From the human T2T-CHM13v2.0 reference genome, Homo sapiens, in NCBI RefSeq assembly GCF_009914755.1, contig NC_060945.1: 64,000 bases of DNA; one strand, given 5' to 3'. Of the stretch, positions 14,500 through 26,746 are shown piece after piece. The notes under the pieces are model-generated. The model made no database searches, was not told the origin of the DNA, and saw nothing but the letters and a program-made list of their open reading frames with translations. The translations under genes and the position numbers were made by a program. Position 1 is the stretch's first letter, and each line of letters begins with the position of its first letter.

Positions 14500-14900
14500 A
14501 ATTAGCATTCATTACCTTATTCCTGCAGAGCACCTGTAGTTCAGAAGCTGACCACCTCCAGCTCCAAGAATAGACTCTTTTTCATTTAATCTAAACAACT
14601 CCCTTCTTTCTCCCAGCCACAGTTAATATTCCTAAATGCTCTAATTCAGAGTAAGTTGAAGAATTCTTGCTTAGAATAGTTGGGAAAAAAAGTGCTCACT
14701 GCTTTCCTGTGAATACCATAATGCAATTTACCAAAACTGCAAAATCCTCTTCAGTAATGGCAGCCAAGAAAAAAGCAAGAAAAGGAGGCCAGAGCCACTG
14801 GATTGCTAAAGTTCTGGACTTCCAGTTACATGATCCAATAAACTTCCTCAATCTTTAGGCCACTTTGAAATGAGTTTCTTTTGATTGTTCCTGAACACAT
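14500..14900 (+). mobile_element. old MLT1-type MaLR LTR remnant
   Basis: ggactttccagttacatgatccaataaacttcctc...tttgaaatgagtttctt resembles an MLT1 3' end. Confidence 0.45.
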
Positions 14901-15545
14901 ATTACCTGATGCAAACTCCTTTGTTACCCTTTAAAAGTCTGAATTTCAAAGAATACTTTTTAGGAGTTAAGAAGCTCTTAACATGTTGATCCAAGCAACA
15001 TTGCTTTCTTCAGTCTGGTGCCCCAGTGGGGAAAGCACATTTGTAGATGGCATGTCCTAAGCAATGATTTAAAATTTGCTTAGGCTTCATATTTTCAATA
15101 TTGAATAATTTCCTGTTTATATAATCTGGGATTGCCACCAAAACTGCAAGTTCCCAAGTCCCCTAGAAATATACACATCAGAGCATTCTCTCTATAGATG
15201 GCAAAACACAGAAAATAATACAATTTATTGTAGTAAGACTATCTCATAGAATTAAATGGGGATAAACAACAACTGAAGTCAGCCTTTAAAAAACAAGAAT
15301 AAAAGTAGAAAGCTTAATATAATTAATTTACACATTGAAGGGGGAAGCCATATAAAGGATTTTCATAGCTTTCTCATTTCTCAAGAATTTTACTCATCAA
15401 AATTAAAACACGTGTTTGCTTGAATGCTAAACATGATGCCATTTTTGATTTTCAATGTATGCAGAACCACATTTTTCAACATCAGAAGTATAATTTTAGA
15501 AATGATTTTTCAAATCACTTTCTCTAAAGCACACTTATTAGATGA

Positions 15546-15872
15546 CATCCTAGTGCATTTGGGCTGCTGTAACAATGCCTCAGACTGAGTAACTTGTAAA
15601 CAACAGAAATGTGTTGCTCTCAGTTCTGAATGCTAGGCAGTTCAAGATTAAGGCAAGATTTGGTGTCTGGTGAGCACTTGTTCTCTGCCTCATAGATGAC
15701 GCCTTGTTACTGTGTAGTCACATGGCAGAAGAGGCAATAGGGTTCCTTTATGCCTCTTTTATAGGAACATTAATTCTATCCATGAGGTCTCCACTATGAC
15801 CTAGTCACCTCCCAAAGCCTCACTTCATAATAGCAACACTTTGGGGATTAGATTCCACCATATACATTTTGG
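15546..15872 (-). mobile_element. MLT1A-like MaLR LTR
   Basis: gggctgctgtaacaa...cagactgagtaacttgtaaacaacagaaat...cagttctg...tcacatggcagaag...tcacctcccaaag. Confidence 0.8.
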
Positions 15873-15891
15873 CAAATCCATGCTTGCCTGT

Positions 15892-16201
15892 TGATAAGGT
15901 TTGGCTGTGTCCTCACCCGAATCTTACCTTGAATTGTAGCTCCCACAATTCCCACGTGTCATGGGAGGGACTTTATGGGAGGTAATTGAATCATGGGGGC
16001 GAGTCTTTCCCGTGCTGTTCTCATGATAGTGAATAAACCTCACAAGATCTGGTATTTTTTATAAGGGGGAGTTTCCCTGCACAAATTCTCTCATTTTTTC
16101 CTTTTGCCTGCTGCCATGTAAGATGTACCTCTAGCCTTCTGCCACGAGTGTGACGCCTCCCCAGCCACATGGAACTGTGAGTGTGAAAATGGACTAATAT
16201 A
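15892..16201 (+). mobile_element. THE1 (C/D-like) solo LTR with an internal 3' deletion
   Basis: tgataaggtttggctgtgtcc...ggactaatata; flanks CCTGT / CCCAT. Confidence 0.9.
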
Positions 16202-16801
16202 CCCATTAAATAAAAAAAAAAGCTATTTTGCTAGATTCTGCATTTCTCTCCTTATCTGTCCTGTAGTTGACAACCTTCCCCTACTTAATACATAATTGGG
16301 CTCAAGATCATTGGTTTTGCAAAATCGCTGAAATTCCAAACTAGAGAAGTACCCCTAATAGGAATTGCCACTGCCTTGCTCTGGTTTCTTCAATTAAGAA
16401 GAAGAGATAAAGGATAAAATCATCTCATGTGGAGAAGGCTATAGGGGGCACCCATGGCAAGGAGGAAATGGCAGTGGGGCAGAATAATGAAAACCTGAAT
16501 TACAGCTCCAGGAATCCCTACTTTGTTCTTTCAAAGCAAGCTACAGAATCTCCTTAAACTTCAAATTATTCTAGTACACAGACCACTTTAAGGGTCAAAT
16601 GTAAGGCTTTTTAATATTATATGTGTTCCTATTCCAGGTAAGTGACTTCTATCCACTACTTCCTTGTGTTTGGAACATTTGATTTAGGGCTAACTTTCTA
16701 ACTGTCACTCATTATTTTTCTGTTAATCTGTTATCTCCATCCTCAAGTAATTTGCGTAAGGATAGTTTTAAGTGTGGAAATGATTCATCAAGGGATTTTA
16801 A

Positions 16802-16981
16802 AAGAATTTGCTTTGCTCCATTGTCTGTGGTCTATGTAAATGCAGGAATTAAAATCAGATAGTCTCTCCAGGATTTTCCCAGCCTAACAAGTCTGTGATT
16901 CATGAGGGGAGAAGTTTCTGAAACTTGGAAATGGCTATGAATTATATGCTGGAGAGCTGAAGAAGTCAGCAGTCCAGTAGG
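16802..16981 (+). repeat. copy 1 of a ~170-bp local direct repeat (copy 2 at 18097-18262)
   Basis: aagaatttgctttgctcca...gattttcccagcctaacaa...gagaagtttctgaaacttggaaat...gtcagcagtccagtagg in both copies. Confidence 0.92.
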
Positions 16982-17659
16982 TGTCTCAAAGTCAACCACT
17001 CTTGGATAGTTTCTGAACTATTATAATTGCTCTCAAGGCTCCATAATCACCAGGGACTTGCAAAGCAGAGTGTAAAATAGTTATGAATGTGGTCAAATGT
17101 ATGACTATTTTCTAAAATTGCTAATGTTCAGCATATAATTTCTTCAGGCAGAAGCATCCAATGTATTAAGTGTAGTACACAGGAAGACAATTTTTCCTGA
17201 ACACAATCTGTATTCTGCCATTTTTTAGTTTTTAACGAGAGCCTTTACAATGCAGGGGTGTGGAGAATTGACAGATTTTGCACATTTTAGTGTTTTTTCA
17301 CAATGTTTGCTATGTTCAGCAGAATATAAACTTTCAGATTTAAAATATGTTCTCTAGTTTATCCTACTGTGCAAATCAGTACATTAAGCAAGCCTAGCAG
17401 AAAACCATAAGCAGGCAGACAAAAGCTGTGAGAGAGAGGCTTTCCTATCAAATGTGATGGGAAATAAGATTTAAATATGGGTTTGCCCACCAGTGTATGA
17501 ACCAGAAGTCACAGCCCAGAAACTAAAAAAAGTCACAAAGCAAGGTCAACAGTGACACACAATCGTAGATTGTGAAATTCGAAAGAACCTACTTGAAATA
17601 ATTCAAATTAAAACATGGCCTTAAGCATACTGCATTAAATATAACGTACTAAAACACAC

Positions 17660-18055
17660 TGTTAATATAGGCTCAATGGCTATAACAAATAAACCAGTGT
17701 GGTGTCTATATTTCTTGCTCCGTAATAGTCTAGGCAGGTGTTCCCGGCTGGCAGGCAGCTCTCCTCTGCAGGGATCCTGAGCACTGGAATTCCTCCATCT
17801 CGGATCCTGCCATCATCTAGGGAATTTTCATTGCCCGCATCATGTCAGCTGTTCTGCTATGTTGCAAGTTAAGTGGTAGAAGGAAAAAGATATGGAGGCC
17901 ACACGTACTGAGATAATGGCCTCAGCCTGGAGGCACAGTCCTTCCACTCTCATTCCGTGAAGAACTCAAATTACACACTAACTGCAAGGGAGGCTGGAAA
18001 ATACAGCCCTGCTGAGTGGCCAGAAAGAAGAGAAGGGCTGTTGGTGCCCAGCAAA
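17660..18055 (-). mobile_element. old MLT1-type MaLR LTR remnant
   Basis: aactgcaagggaggctggaaaatacagcc and ggcagctctcctc phrases. Confidence 0.55.
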
Positions 18056-18096
18056 TTTCAGAAATAAGAAGAGTACGTACAATATTCATCATTTTG

Positions 18097-18262
18097 AAGA
18101 ATTTGCTTTGCTCCATAGACTGCGGAGGAAAGGGAGGAACTAGAATCAGATATTCTCTCCAAGATTTTCCCAGCCTAACAATTCTATGATTCATGAAGGG
18201 AGAAGTTTCTGAAACTTGGAAATCATATCCTGGAGAGCTGAAGACGTCAGCAGTCCAGTAGG
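18097..18262 (+). repeat. copy 2 of the ~170-bp local direct repeat
   Basis: aligns to 16802-16981 with small indels. Confidence 0.92.
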
Positions 18263-18773
18263 AAAATACAGACCCAAAAATGTATGTTGACATAGCCATT
18301 CTAACAAATGTAACTGTTGGGGAAATATTTTAAGACATTAAAAGGAAGTTAGACTAATTATGATATAAAAATCACACAAGTGTAAAAATAATTACAATTG
18401 ATCATTTTGATGTCTTATCACAAAAACACTACTTTGAAAACACAAGTGGCAACAAATTTCAGGATACTAATTTTGCGACCATCACTCAAATATGACATCA
18501 ATGTAATTTAAACAATTCAGAAACTTAATGGAAAATAGAAAGGAGAAAATGGTTTTCTTAAGACTTGAATGTAAGTCCTTCTATTAAACATATGAGACTT
18601 AGTAAGTAACCTTCTCATATTTCAATTTTTCTTCTTTAAACACTGACCAGATTTCTCCCTAACTACTCACAGGATTTCTGTGATAATCAGACCTAAAATG
18701 AGACAAAATAGAGAAAACACTTTGACATGTTGTAGAGCTATATATATAAGACATTTTTAGAATACTAATTTTT

Positions 18774-21155
18774 ATAGTTCTCCTTGAAGAGGTCCTTCAC
18801 ATTCCTTGTAAATTGTATTCCTAGTTATTTTATTGTCTTTGTAGCAATTGTGAATGGGAGTTCCTTCGTGATTTGGCTCCCTGTTTGTCTATTATTGGTG
18901 TATGGAAATGCTTGTGATTTTTGCACATTGATTTTGTATCCTGAGACTTTGCTGAAGTTGCTTATCAGCTTAAGGATTTTTGCATCAATGTTCATCAAAG
19001 ATATTGGCCTGAAATTTTCTATTTTTGTTGTGTCTCTGCCAGGTTTTGGTATCAGGATGATGCTAGTCTCATAAAATGAGTTAGGGAGGAGTCCCTCTTT
19101 TTCTATTGTTTGGAATTGTTTCAGAAGGAATGGTACCAGCTCCTTTCTGTACCTTTGGTAGATTTCGGCTGTGAATCTGTCTTGTCCTGGGCCTTTTTTG
19201 GTTGACAGGCTGTTAATTGCTGCCTCAATTTCAGAATTTGTTATTGGTCTATTCAAGGATTCAACTTCCTCCTGGTTTAGTCTTTGGAGGGTGTATGTGT
19301 CCAGGACTTTATCCACTTCTTCCAGATTTTCAAATTTACACAGAGGTGTTTATAGTATTCTCTGATGGTAGTTTGTATTTCTGTGGGATCCGTGGTGATA
19401 GCCCCTTTATCATTTTTTATTGTGTCTATTTGATTCTTCTCTCTTTTCTTCTTTATTAATCTGGCTAGCATTTTATCTATTTTGTTAATCTTTTCAAAAA
19501 AAACAGCTCCTGGATTCATGGGTTTTTTGAAGGGTTTTTCGTGTCTCTATCTTCTTCAGTTCTGTTCTGATCTTAGTTATTTCTTGTCTTTCTGCTAGCT
19601 TTGAATTAGCTTGCTCTTGCTTCTCTAGTTCTTTTAATTGTGATGTTAGGATATCGATTTTAGATCTTTCCCACTTTCTCCTGTGGGCATTTACTGCTAT
19701 AAATTTTCCTCTACACACTAGCTTTAGCTGTGTTCCAGAGATTCTGGTACATTGTGTCTTTATTCTCATTAGTTTCAAAGAACTTATTTATTTCTGCCTT
19801 AATTTTGTTATTTACCCAGTAGTCATTCAGGAGCAGGTTATTCAGTCTCCATGTAGTTGTGTGGTTTTAAGTGAGTTTCTTAATCCTGAGTTTAATTTAA
19901 TCGCACTGTGGTCTGACAGACTGTTTGATTGCTGTTCTTTTGCATTTGCTGAGGAGTGTTTTACTTCCAATTATGTGGTTAATTTTAGAATAAGTGTAAC
20001 ATGTTGCTGAGAAGAATGTATATTCTGTTGATTTAGGGTGGAGAGTTCTGTAGATGTCTGTTAGGTCCACTTGGTCCAGAGCTAAGTTCAAGCCCTGAAT
20101 ATCCTTGTTAATTTTCCGTCTCATTGATCTGTCTAATGTTGATAGTGGGGTGTTAAAGTCTCCCACTATTATTGTGTGGGAGTCTAAGTGTCTTTGTAGG
20201 TCTCTAAGAACTTGTTTTATGAATCTGGGTGCTCCTGTATTGGGTGCATATATATTTAGGATAGTTAGCTCTTGTTGCGTTGATCCTTTTACCATTATGT
20301 AATGCCCTTCTTTGTCTTTTTTGATCTTTGTTGGTTTAAAGTCTGTTTTATTAGAGACTAGGATTGCAACCCCTGCTTTTTTTTGCTTTCTATTTGCTTT
20401 GCTCATATTCCAATTTTTCTTTAAACCATGACCAGATTTCTCCCTAACTACTCATAGGATTTCTGTGATAATCAGACTTAAAATGAGATAAAATAGAGAA
20501 AATACTTTGACATATTGTAGGACTATATATATAAGACATTTTTAGAATACTAATTCTTGTAGTTCTCCTTGAAGAGGTCCTCCATCCCTTTATTTTGAGC
20601 CTATATGTGTCTTTGCATGTGAGATGGGTCTCCTGAATTGAGCACACCAGTGGGTCTTGACTCTTTATCCGATTTGCCTGTCTGTGTCTTCTGATTGGGG
20701 TATTTAGTCCGTTTACATTTAAGGTTAATATTGTTACATGTCAATTTGATCCTGTAATTATGATGCTAGCTGGTTATTTTGACGATTAGTTGATGCAGTT
20801 TCTTCATAGTGTCAATGGTCTTTACAATTTGGTATGTTTTTGCAGTGGCTGGTACCGGTTTTTCCTTTCCATAGTAAGTGTTTTTTTCAAATGCTCTTGT
20901 AAGGCAGGCCTGGTGGTAACAAAATCTCTCAGCATTTCTTGTCTGTAAAGGATTTTATTTTTCCTTTGCTTCTGAAGCTTCGTTTGGCTGGATATGAAAT
21001 ACTGGGTTGAAAATTCTTTTCTTTAAGAACGTTGAATATTGGCCCCCACTCTCTTCTGGCTTGTAGGGTTTCTGCAGAGAGATCCACTGTTAGTCTGATG
21101 GGCTTCCCTTTGTGGATAACCAGACCTTTCTCTCTGGCTGCCCTTAACATTTTTT
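18774..21155 (-). mobile_element. inverted 5' segment of a twin-primed L1PA7-like LINE (3' ORF1, ORF2 endonuclease, partial RT), decayed
   Basis: minus-strand ORFs: ORF1p ([28 protein letters not shown]), EN (AGVAILVS..NIYAPN..IVGDFNTPL), Z/RT ([16 protein letters not shown]); 5' TSD at 18759-18773. Confidence 0.95.
20402..20581 (+). repeat. templated copy of 18614-18796 (flank + TSD + L1 start) inserted inside the L1 EN domain
   Basis: direct alignment by eye: about 12 substitutions and one 3-bp indel over 180 bp. Confidence 0.95.
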
Positions 21156-21156
21156 A

Positions 21157-22752
21157 CCCCAAAGTAACTTATAGATTCAGTGCTATCCCTATCAAGCTAC
21201 CATTGACTTTCTTCACAGAATTAGAAAAACCTACTTTAAATTTCATATGGAGCCAAAAAAGAGCCCATATAGCCAAGACAATTCTAAGCAAAAAGACCAA
21301 AGCTGGAGGCATCATGCTACCTGACTACAAACTATACTACAAGGCTATAGTAACCAAAACAGCATGGTACTGGTACCAAAACAGATATATAAACCAATGG
21401 AACAGAACAGAGGCCTCAGAAATAACACTGCAAATCTACAACCATCTGATCTTCGACAAATCTGACAAAAAGAAGCAATGGGGAAAGGATTCCCTATTTA
21501 ATAAATGATGTTGGGAAAACTGGCTAGCCATATGCAGAAAACTGAAACTGGACCCCTTCCATACACCTTATACAAAAATTAACTCGAGATGGATTAAAGA
21601 CTTAAACATAAGACTCAAAACCATGAAAACCCTAGAAGAAAACCTAGGCAATACCATTCAAGACATAGGCATGGGCAAAGACTTCATGACTAAAACACCA
21701 AAAGCAATGGCAACAAAAGCCAAAATTGACATATGGGGTCTAATTAAAGAACTTCTGCAAAGCATAAGAAGCTATCATCAGAGTGAACAGGCAACCTCCA
21801 GAATGGGAGAGAATTTTTGCAATCTATCCACCTGACAAAGGGCTAATATCCAGAATCTACAAGGAACTTAAACAAATATACAACAAAAAAAACAAACAAC
21901 TCCATCCAAAAGTGGGCAAATAATATGAACAGACACTTCTCAAAAGAAGGCATTTATGTGGCCAACAAACATATGAAAAAAAGCTCATCATGACTGGTCA
22001 TTAGAAAAATGCAAATCAAAACCACAATGAGATACCATCTCACACCAGTTAGAATGGCAATCATTAAGAAGTCAGGAAACAACAAATGCTGGAGAGGATG
22101 TGGAGAAATAGGAATGCTTTTACACTGTTGGTGGGAGTGTAAATTAGTTTAACCATTATGGAAGACAGTGTGGCGATTCCTCAAGGATCTAGAACCAGAA
22201 ATACCATTTGACCCAGCAATCACATTACTGGGTATATACCCAAAGGATTATAAATCATTCTACTATAAAGACACATGCACACGTATGTTTATTGCAGCAC
22301 TATTCACAATAGCAAAGTCTTGAAACCAACCCAAATGCCCATCAATGGTAGACTGGCTAAAGCAAATGTGGCACATATACAACATGGAATACTACGCAGC
22401 CATAAAAAAGGATGAGTTCATGTTCTTTGCAGGGACATGGATAATGCTGGAAACCATCATTCTCAGCAAACTAACACAGGAACAGAAAACCAAACTCCAC
22501 ATGTTCTCACTTCTAAGAGCTGAACAGTGAGAACACATTGACACAGGGAGGGGAACATCACATACCGGGGCCTGTCTGGAGGTGGGGTCTAGGGGAGGGA
22601 TAGCATTAGAAGAAATACCCAATGTAGACGACGGGTTGATGGGTGCAGCAAACCACCATGGCACGTGTATACCTATGTAACAAACCTGCACATTCTGCAC
22701 ATGTATCCCAGAATTTAAAGTATAAAAAATAAATAAATAAAAACAGAAAAAA
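21157..22752 (+). mobile_element. sense 3' segment of the same L1PA7-like LINE (ORF2 C-terminus, 3' UTR, A tail); 3' TSD AGAATACTAATTCTT at 22753-22767
   Basis: [24 protein letters not shown]; 3' UTR gacgggttgatgggtgcagcaaaccaccatggcacgtgtatacc. Confidence 0.95.
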
Positions 22753-23029
22753 AGAATACTAATTCTTTGAGCTCAATTTTTAAAATTCTAAAAACAAGTA
22801 AAATTATATGATCTATTAACTCAGTATTTACATTATTTTTTTAAATTTAACAAAATCTTTTCAAGAGTAATTTGTCTCGTAATGAATGTCTCCATTTATG
22901 CTGTTTCCCAGGGTTACTACTGAAAAACAAGTATTTTGCTACTTGCCTTGATTCACTATTTTGTAGGTTCTTTGAGGAGAAAAAATATATTTGATTTTAT
23001 TCCAGAGTTTAAAGAGGAGGAATTTCTTT

Positions 23030-23085
<56 letters not shown>

Positions 23086-23214
23086 CGTGTGTGTATATAT
23101 ATATATACGTGTGTATATATATATACGTGTGTATATATACATATATACGTGTATATATATGTGTGTGTGTATATATATACGTATGTGTATATATATACAT
23201 ATATATGTATATAT
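23030..23214. repeat. compound (TG)n/(TA)n/tatacgtg microsatellite
   Basis: seen directly. Confidence 0.98.
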
Positions 23215-24099
23215 TCCACCTCTATCTGCAAAGTTTCTTAGCATATATGTTTGTATTTGTGTATGGGGAGTATATAGAAATACATATATAATTCGTATTT
23301 ACATGCTTTTATTGTTGAATTAATATATACATGGTGAAACAAACCTTGGAATTTTTGATAACGAAAAAACTATATTTTAAATTAATTTTAATTATTAACG
23401 GCATAGAAATCTTCTGTCTTCAACTAAAAATTATTGAAAATACTTAATAATTTTATCATATGAGAAAATAATTCATATTGATTCAATACTACCTTAGTGA
23501 GAACTATGTGATTGGTTTTGGTTGCTCTAATACTTTGAGATCCAGTTATTCATAGATGCAGTTCTAAGTTCAGTTTATTTTTACATTGATTTTAATGTCT
23601 GTCAAAATTGAGGATACTTCACAAAGCTATAATATGTAAAATATGCAAATATGCACTTAGGGGATGGTTCATTCACTGCTAATGGCAATGAATGTAAATC
23701 CATATTTCAATAATCATGATGATTCCTAATTTTATTGACTTATTATAAGATCTGATTAGATCATTGTGTGGTCTGGGTTTTGTCTAATGACATAATTGGC
23801 TTACCAAGAGCTTCTACCTGGACTGGAATTAACAACCCTAAAAATGTCCTTGATCATCTCTACCCACATTTAGTTGACCTTTGTTCTAATGTGTGGGAGA
23901 ATCTTTTAAAGTTTGTCCATATGCAGAGGATTTATTAAGGTAAAACTGGATATTTATACTTAAAGAGGCCCAAAGAAATTGCACTTTATTACATTACACA
24001 GGAAGCAAATGAACAAGTGGAAGCCACAGCTGTGGGGCCATCACAGACGGCTGAGGACCTCTCAGGACATCTCGAGTATCCTGGCTACCCCATAGAGAA

Positions 24100-24113
24100 C
24101 CACAGGAGGGCGC
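24100..24113 (+). promoter_or_regulatory. candidate CTCF motif
   Basis: CCACAGGAGGGCGC, 12/14 match to CCASYAGRKGGCRS. Confidence 0.35.
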
Positions 24114-24289
24114 CAGAGTCAGTCAGTATTGTAAATATCCATAAATGCAATTCCTTTCTTAAATAAAATTTGAAGTGTACCAAAATGGACTACTTTGCAC
24201 CACCCTGGGTGTGTCCATCCTTACTTTGAGATACTGGCTGAAAATAGTGCATTCCAAGTACCCAGGGATCTCCTTAAAATGCACTTTCT

Positions 24290-24597
<308 letters not shown>

Positions 24598-26289
24598 ATG
24601 TCTAGGGTGGGGCTTGAAATTCTGCCTTTCTAACAAGCTCTCTGGTGCTGCCCATGTTGACCCACTGGTCTCCTGTTAGGTTGCAGGAATTTATAATAAA
24701 ATTGCTTTACAAGTTTAATTATAGATGATAAATATATGGTGCAAGCCTATAGTGAACAAAACCATCGTCCAAGATCTATTTACATAACCTGGGGGAGGAA
24801 ATGAGAGCCAAGAACAGGAAAAAAAACAACCAATAATTTTACCCTAACTGATATTTTCTTGGAATGTAGCTCCTCGGCACCACTCTATAGACCTTTGAAC
24901 GTGTTTTATACAATGTTCTGACTGGAAGCAAGCTTTTTATGTGCTGTTTTAGTTTCTTAAGGTTGTAGGTGAGCTCAATAGCAGTGGAGAACACAGTGAT
25001 GTGACAGCTTTCTTGGTCACATAGTACTGACTTTCTCATTTTTATCGATGCAGTGATAATAATCCTGATCCTGGCAGTGGTGTTGAAAAGATTATATGAA
25101 ATAATATGGTCAATAATATCTAGTGTGAACCATTTCTATCAATCTTCTACATGCTGTTACATTTAGAGGTTTTGTCATTGCTTTCTTTGAACTCGAGCTA
25201 GCTAAAAATATCTTAACTGTCTCAGAAGCACTCTAGAATATTTTAGTATAAATTTAGATAAGGTATTGTGATGGAGAAGAGAAAACAGTGATTAATTTCC
25301 ATGTGTCACATGGAATAGTAAAAACAAAACAGAAATTCATAGTAAGCCTGCTTTTATATTCATCCTCAAAGTTCATGACTACTCACTCTGAATTCAGTGG
25401 GTTTCCTGAAAAATAGCCAACCTTATCAAGGAATACCTAATGTTTACATAAGAATACTAGGGGATAAAACCTGACAACAACTAACAGGGCAATTTTATCT
25501 TGAAGGAATATGTAAGCTTAGAGAAGGGGAAGAAACTGAATAAAAATGTGTGCTTATTGAAGTCTTGAAATACAATGAAAATGTCTGATCTTTTCTTTAT
25601 CCCCGAAAAATCCATAATTTAAGATTATGTTATTTAAAAATAGCTAGAATTTAGTCATTCAACCCACCATGTCATAATGATGCTGAAATCCCAAATTTCT
25701 TAGAGACGATATCATATGATATTTTAATAAAATTCTAAACAGGTTATTTTAACTTTTATTAGGAGAGAGGAAACTAGCCCCCCTTCTTCCTCCAAAAAAA
25801 AAAAACTCCCTAAAATAACCAAATATGCATGCCATTTTCAAAAGAGATTTTAGAAACATTATTATCCCTGAGGTCTGTTTAAATGGTATGGAGTGTATAA
25901 ACACAGATGCACACATATATGCCCTTTTTCTTGCAAAAAAAAAAAATACACTTTTAAAAATAAAACTGCCTCCCAAAATGCTTCCTTTGTGATGTTACTA
26001 AAGAAATACTTAGCTTTATTCCCTGAATAAATGTTAGCAGCACTGAAGATCCAACAGTATGAAATCATAATGAAAGATACTAAAAAAAATTCCTGCTGAA
26101 ATAAATCATGAAGTTTTAAGAACAAGTGTGAATAGAATGATTGGATTAACACAAAGCAATTCCTCCTCCTATTATAACTTTTATAAAAAACTATAGGTAT
26201 TTGCTCTTTCTAGCGTATCATAAAAGTGACAAGCAATTTGTTGAAGCTTTTTAATTGTATTATTCCAGTATAGGGAAAAGAACAAACAA

Positions 26290-26490
26290 CCATTGAGCAA
26301 CCAATATGTGTTGGACACTGTGTACATGTCCCAGATACATATCTCACGTAATGCTCTCAAAAAATGTAGGATGAAGGTAGAATCTTTACCATTTTATGAA
26401 GAAGAAAGATGAGATTCAGAAAGAGTAAGTCATCATGTTAGTGTCAGAAAACTAGCAGGTTGCAGGTGAAGGACCAAATCTCAGAAATAT
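26290..26490 (-). mobile_element. MIR remnant
   Basis: cattttatgaagaagaaagatgagattcagaaagagtaagtca. Confidence 0.55.
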
Positions 26491-26746
26491 CTCCCTGAAA
26501 AGCCCATGATAAAGCTTTATTTTTGACTGATAAAGCAAAACTAGAGATATTAGGTCCATGGGTAAAAAGCACCAAGATGAATTTTCTATAGTAATCACAC
26601 CACTGCAGACCTGTTCAACCAGAAATACAAAAAGCATGGGTGTAGGAGCACACTGACTATACATTCTGACCCCTCCTCCACATCCTTCACACATGCATGC
26701 ACACACAAATCAAAAAGACATGACATCAAAAGAACAAAAATAAGAT

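Noticed and set aside
16202-16221. ATTAAA plus A-run after the THE1 as a retrocopy tail
   Set aside because: CCCAT is explained as the decayed LTR TSD and no matching upstream TSD was found
18825-22530. L1 ORF1/ORF2 ORFs as functional CDS
   Set aside because: Fragmented by stops, frameshifts, inversion and RT-core deletion; the element is dead
22936-23323. Overlapping CV/YI/HT-repeat ORFs
   Set aside because: Microsatellite artefacts
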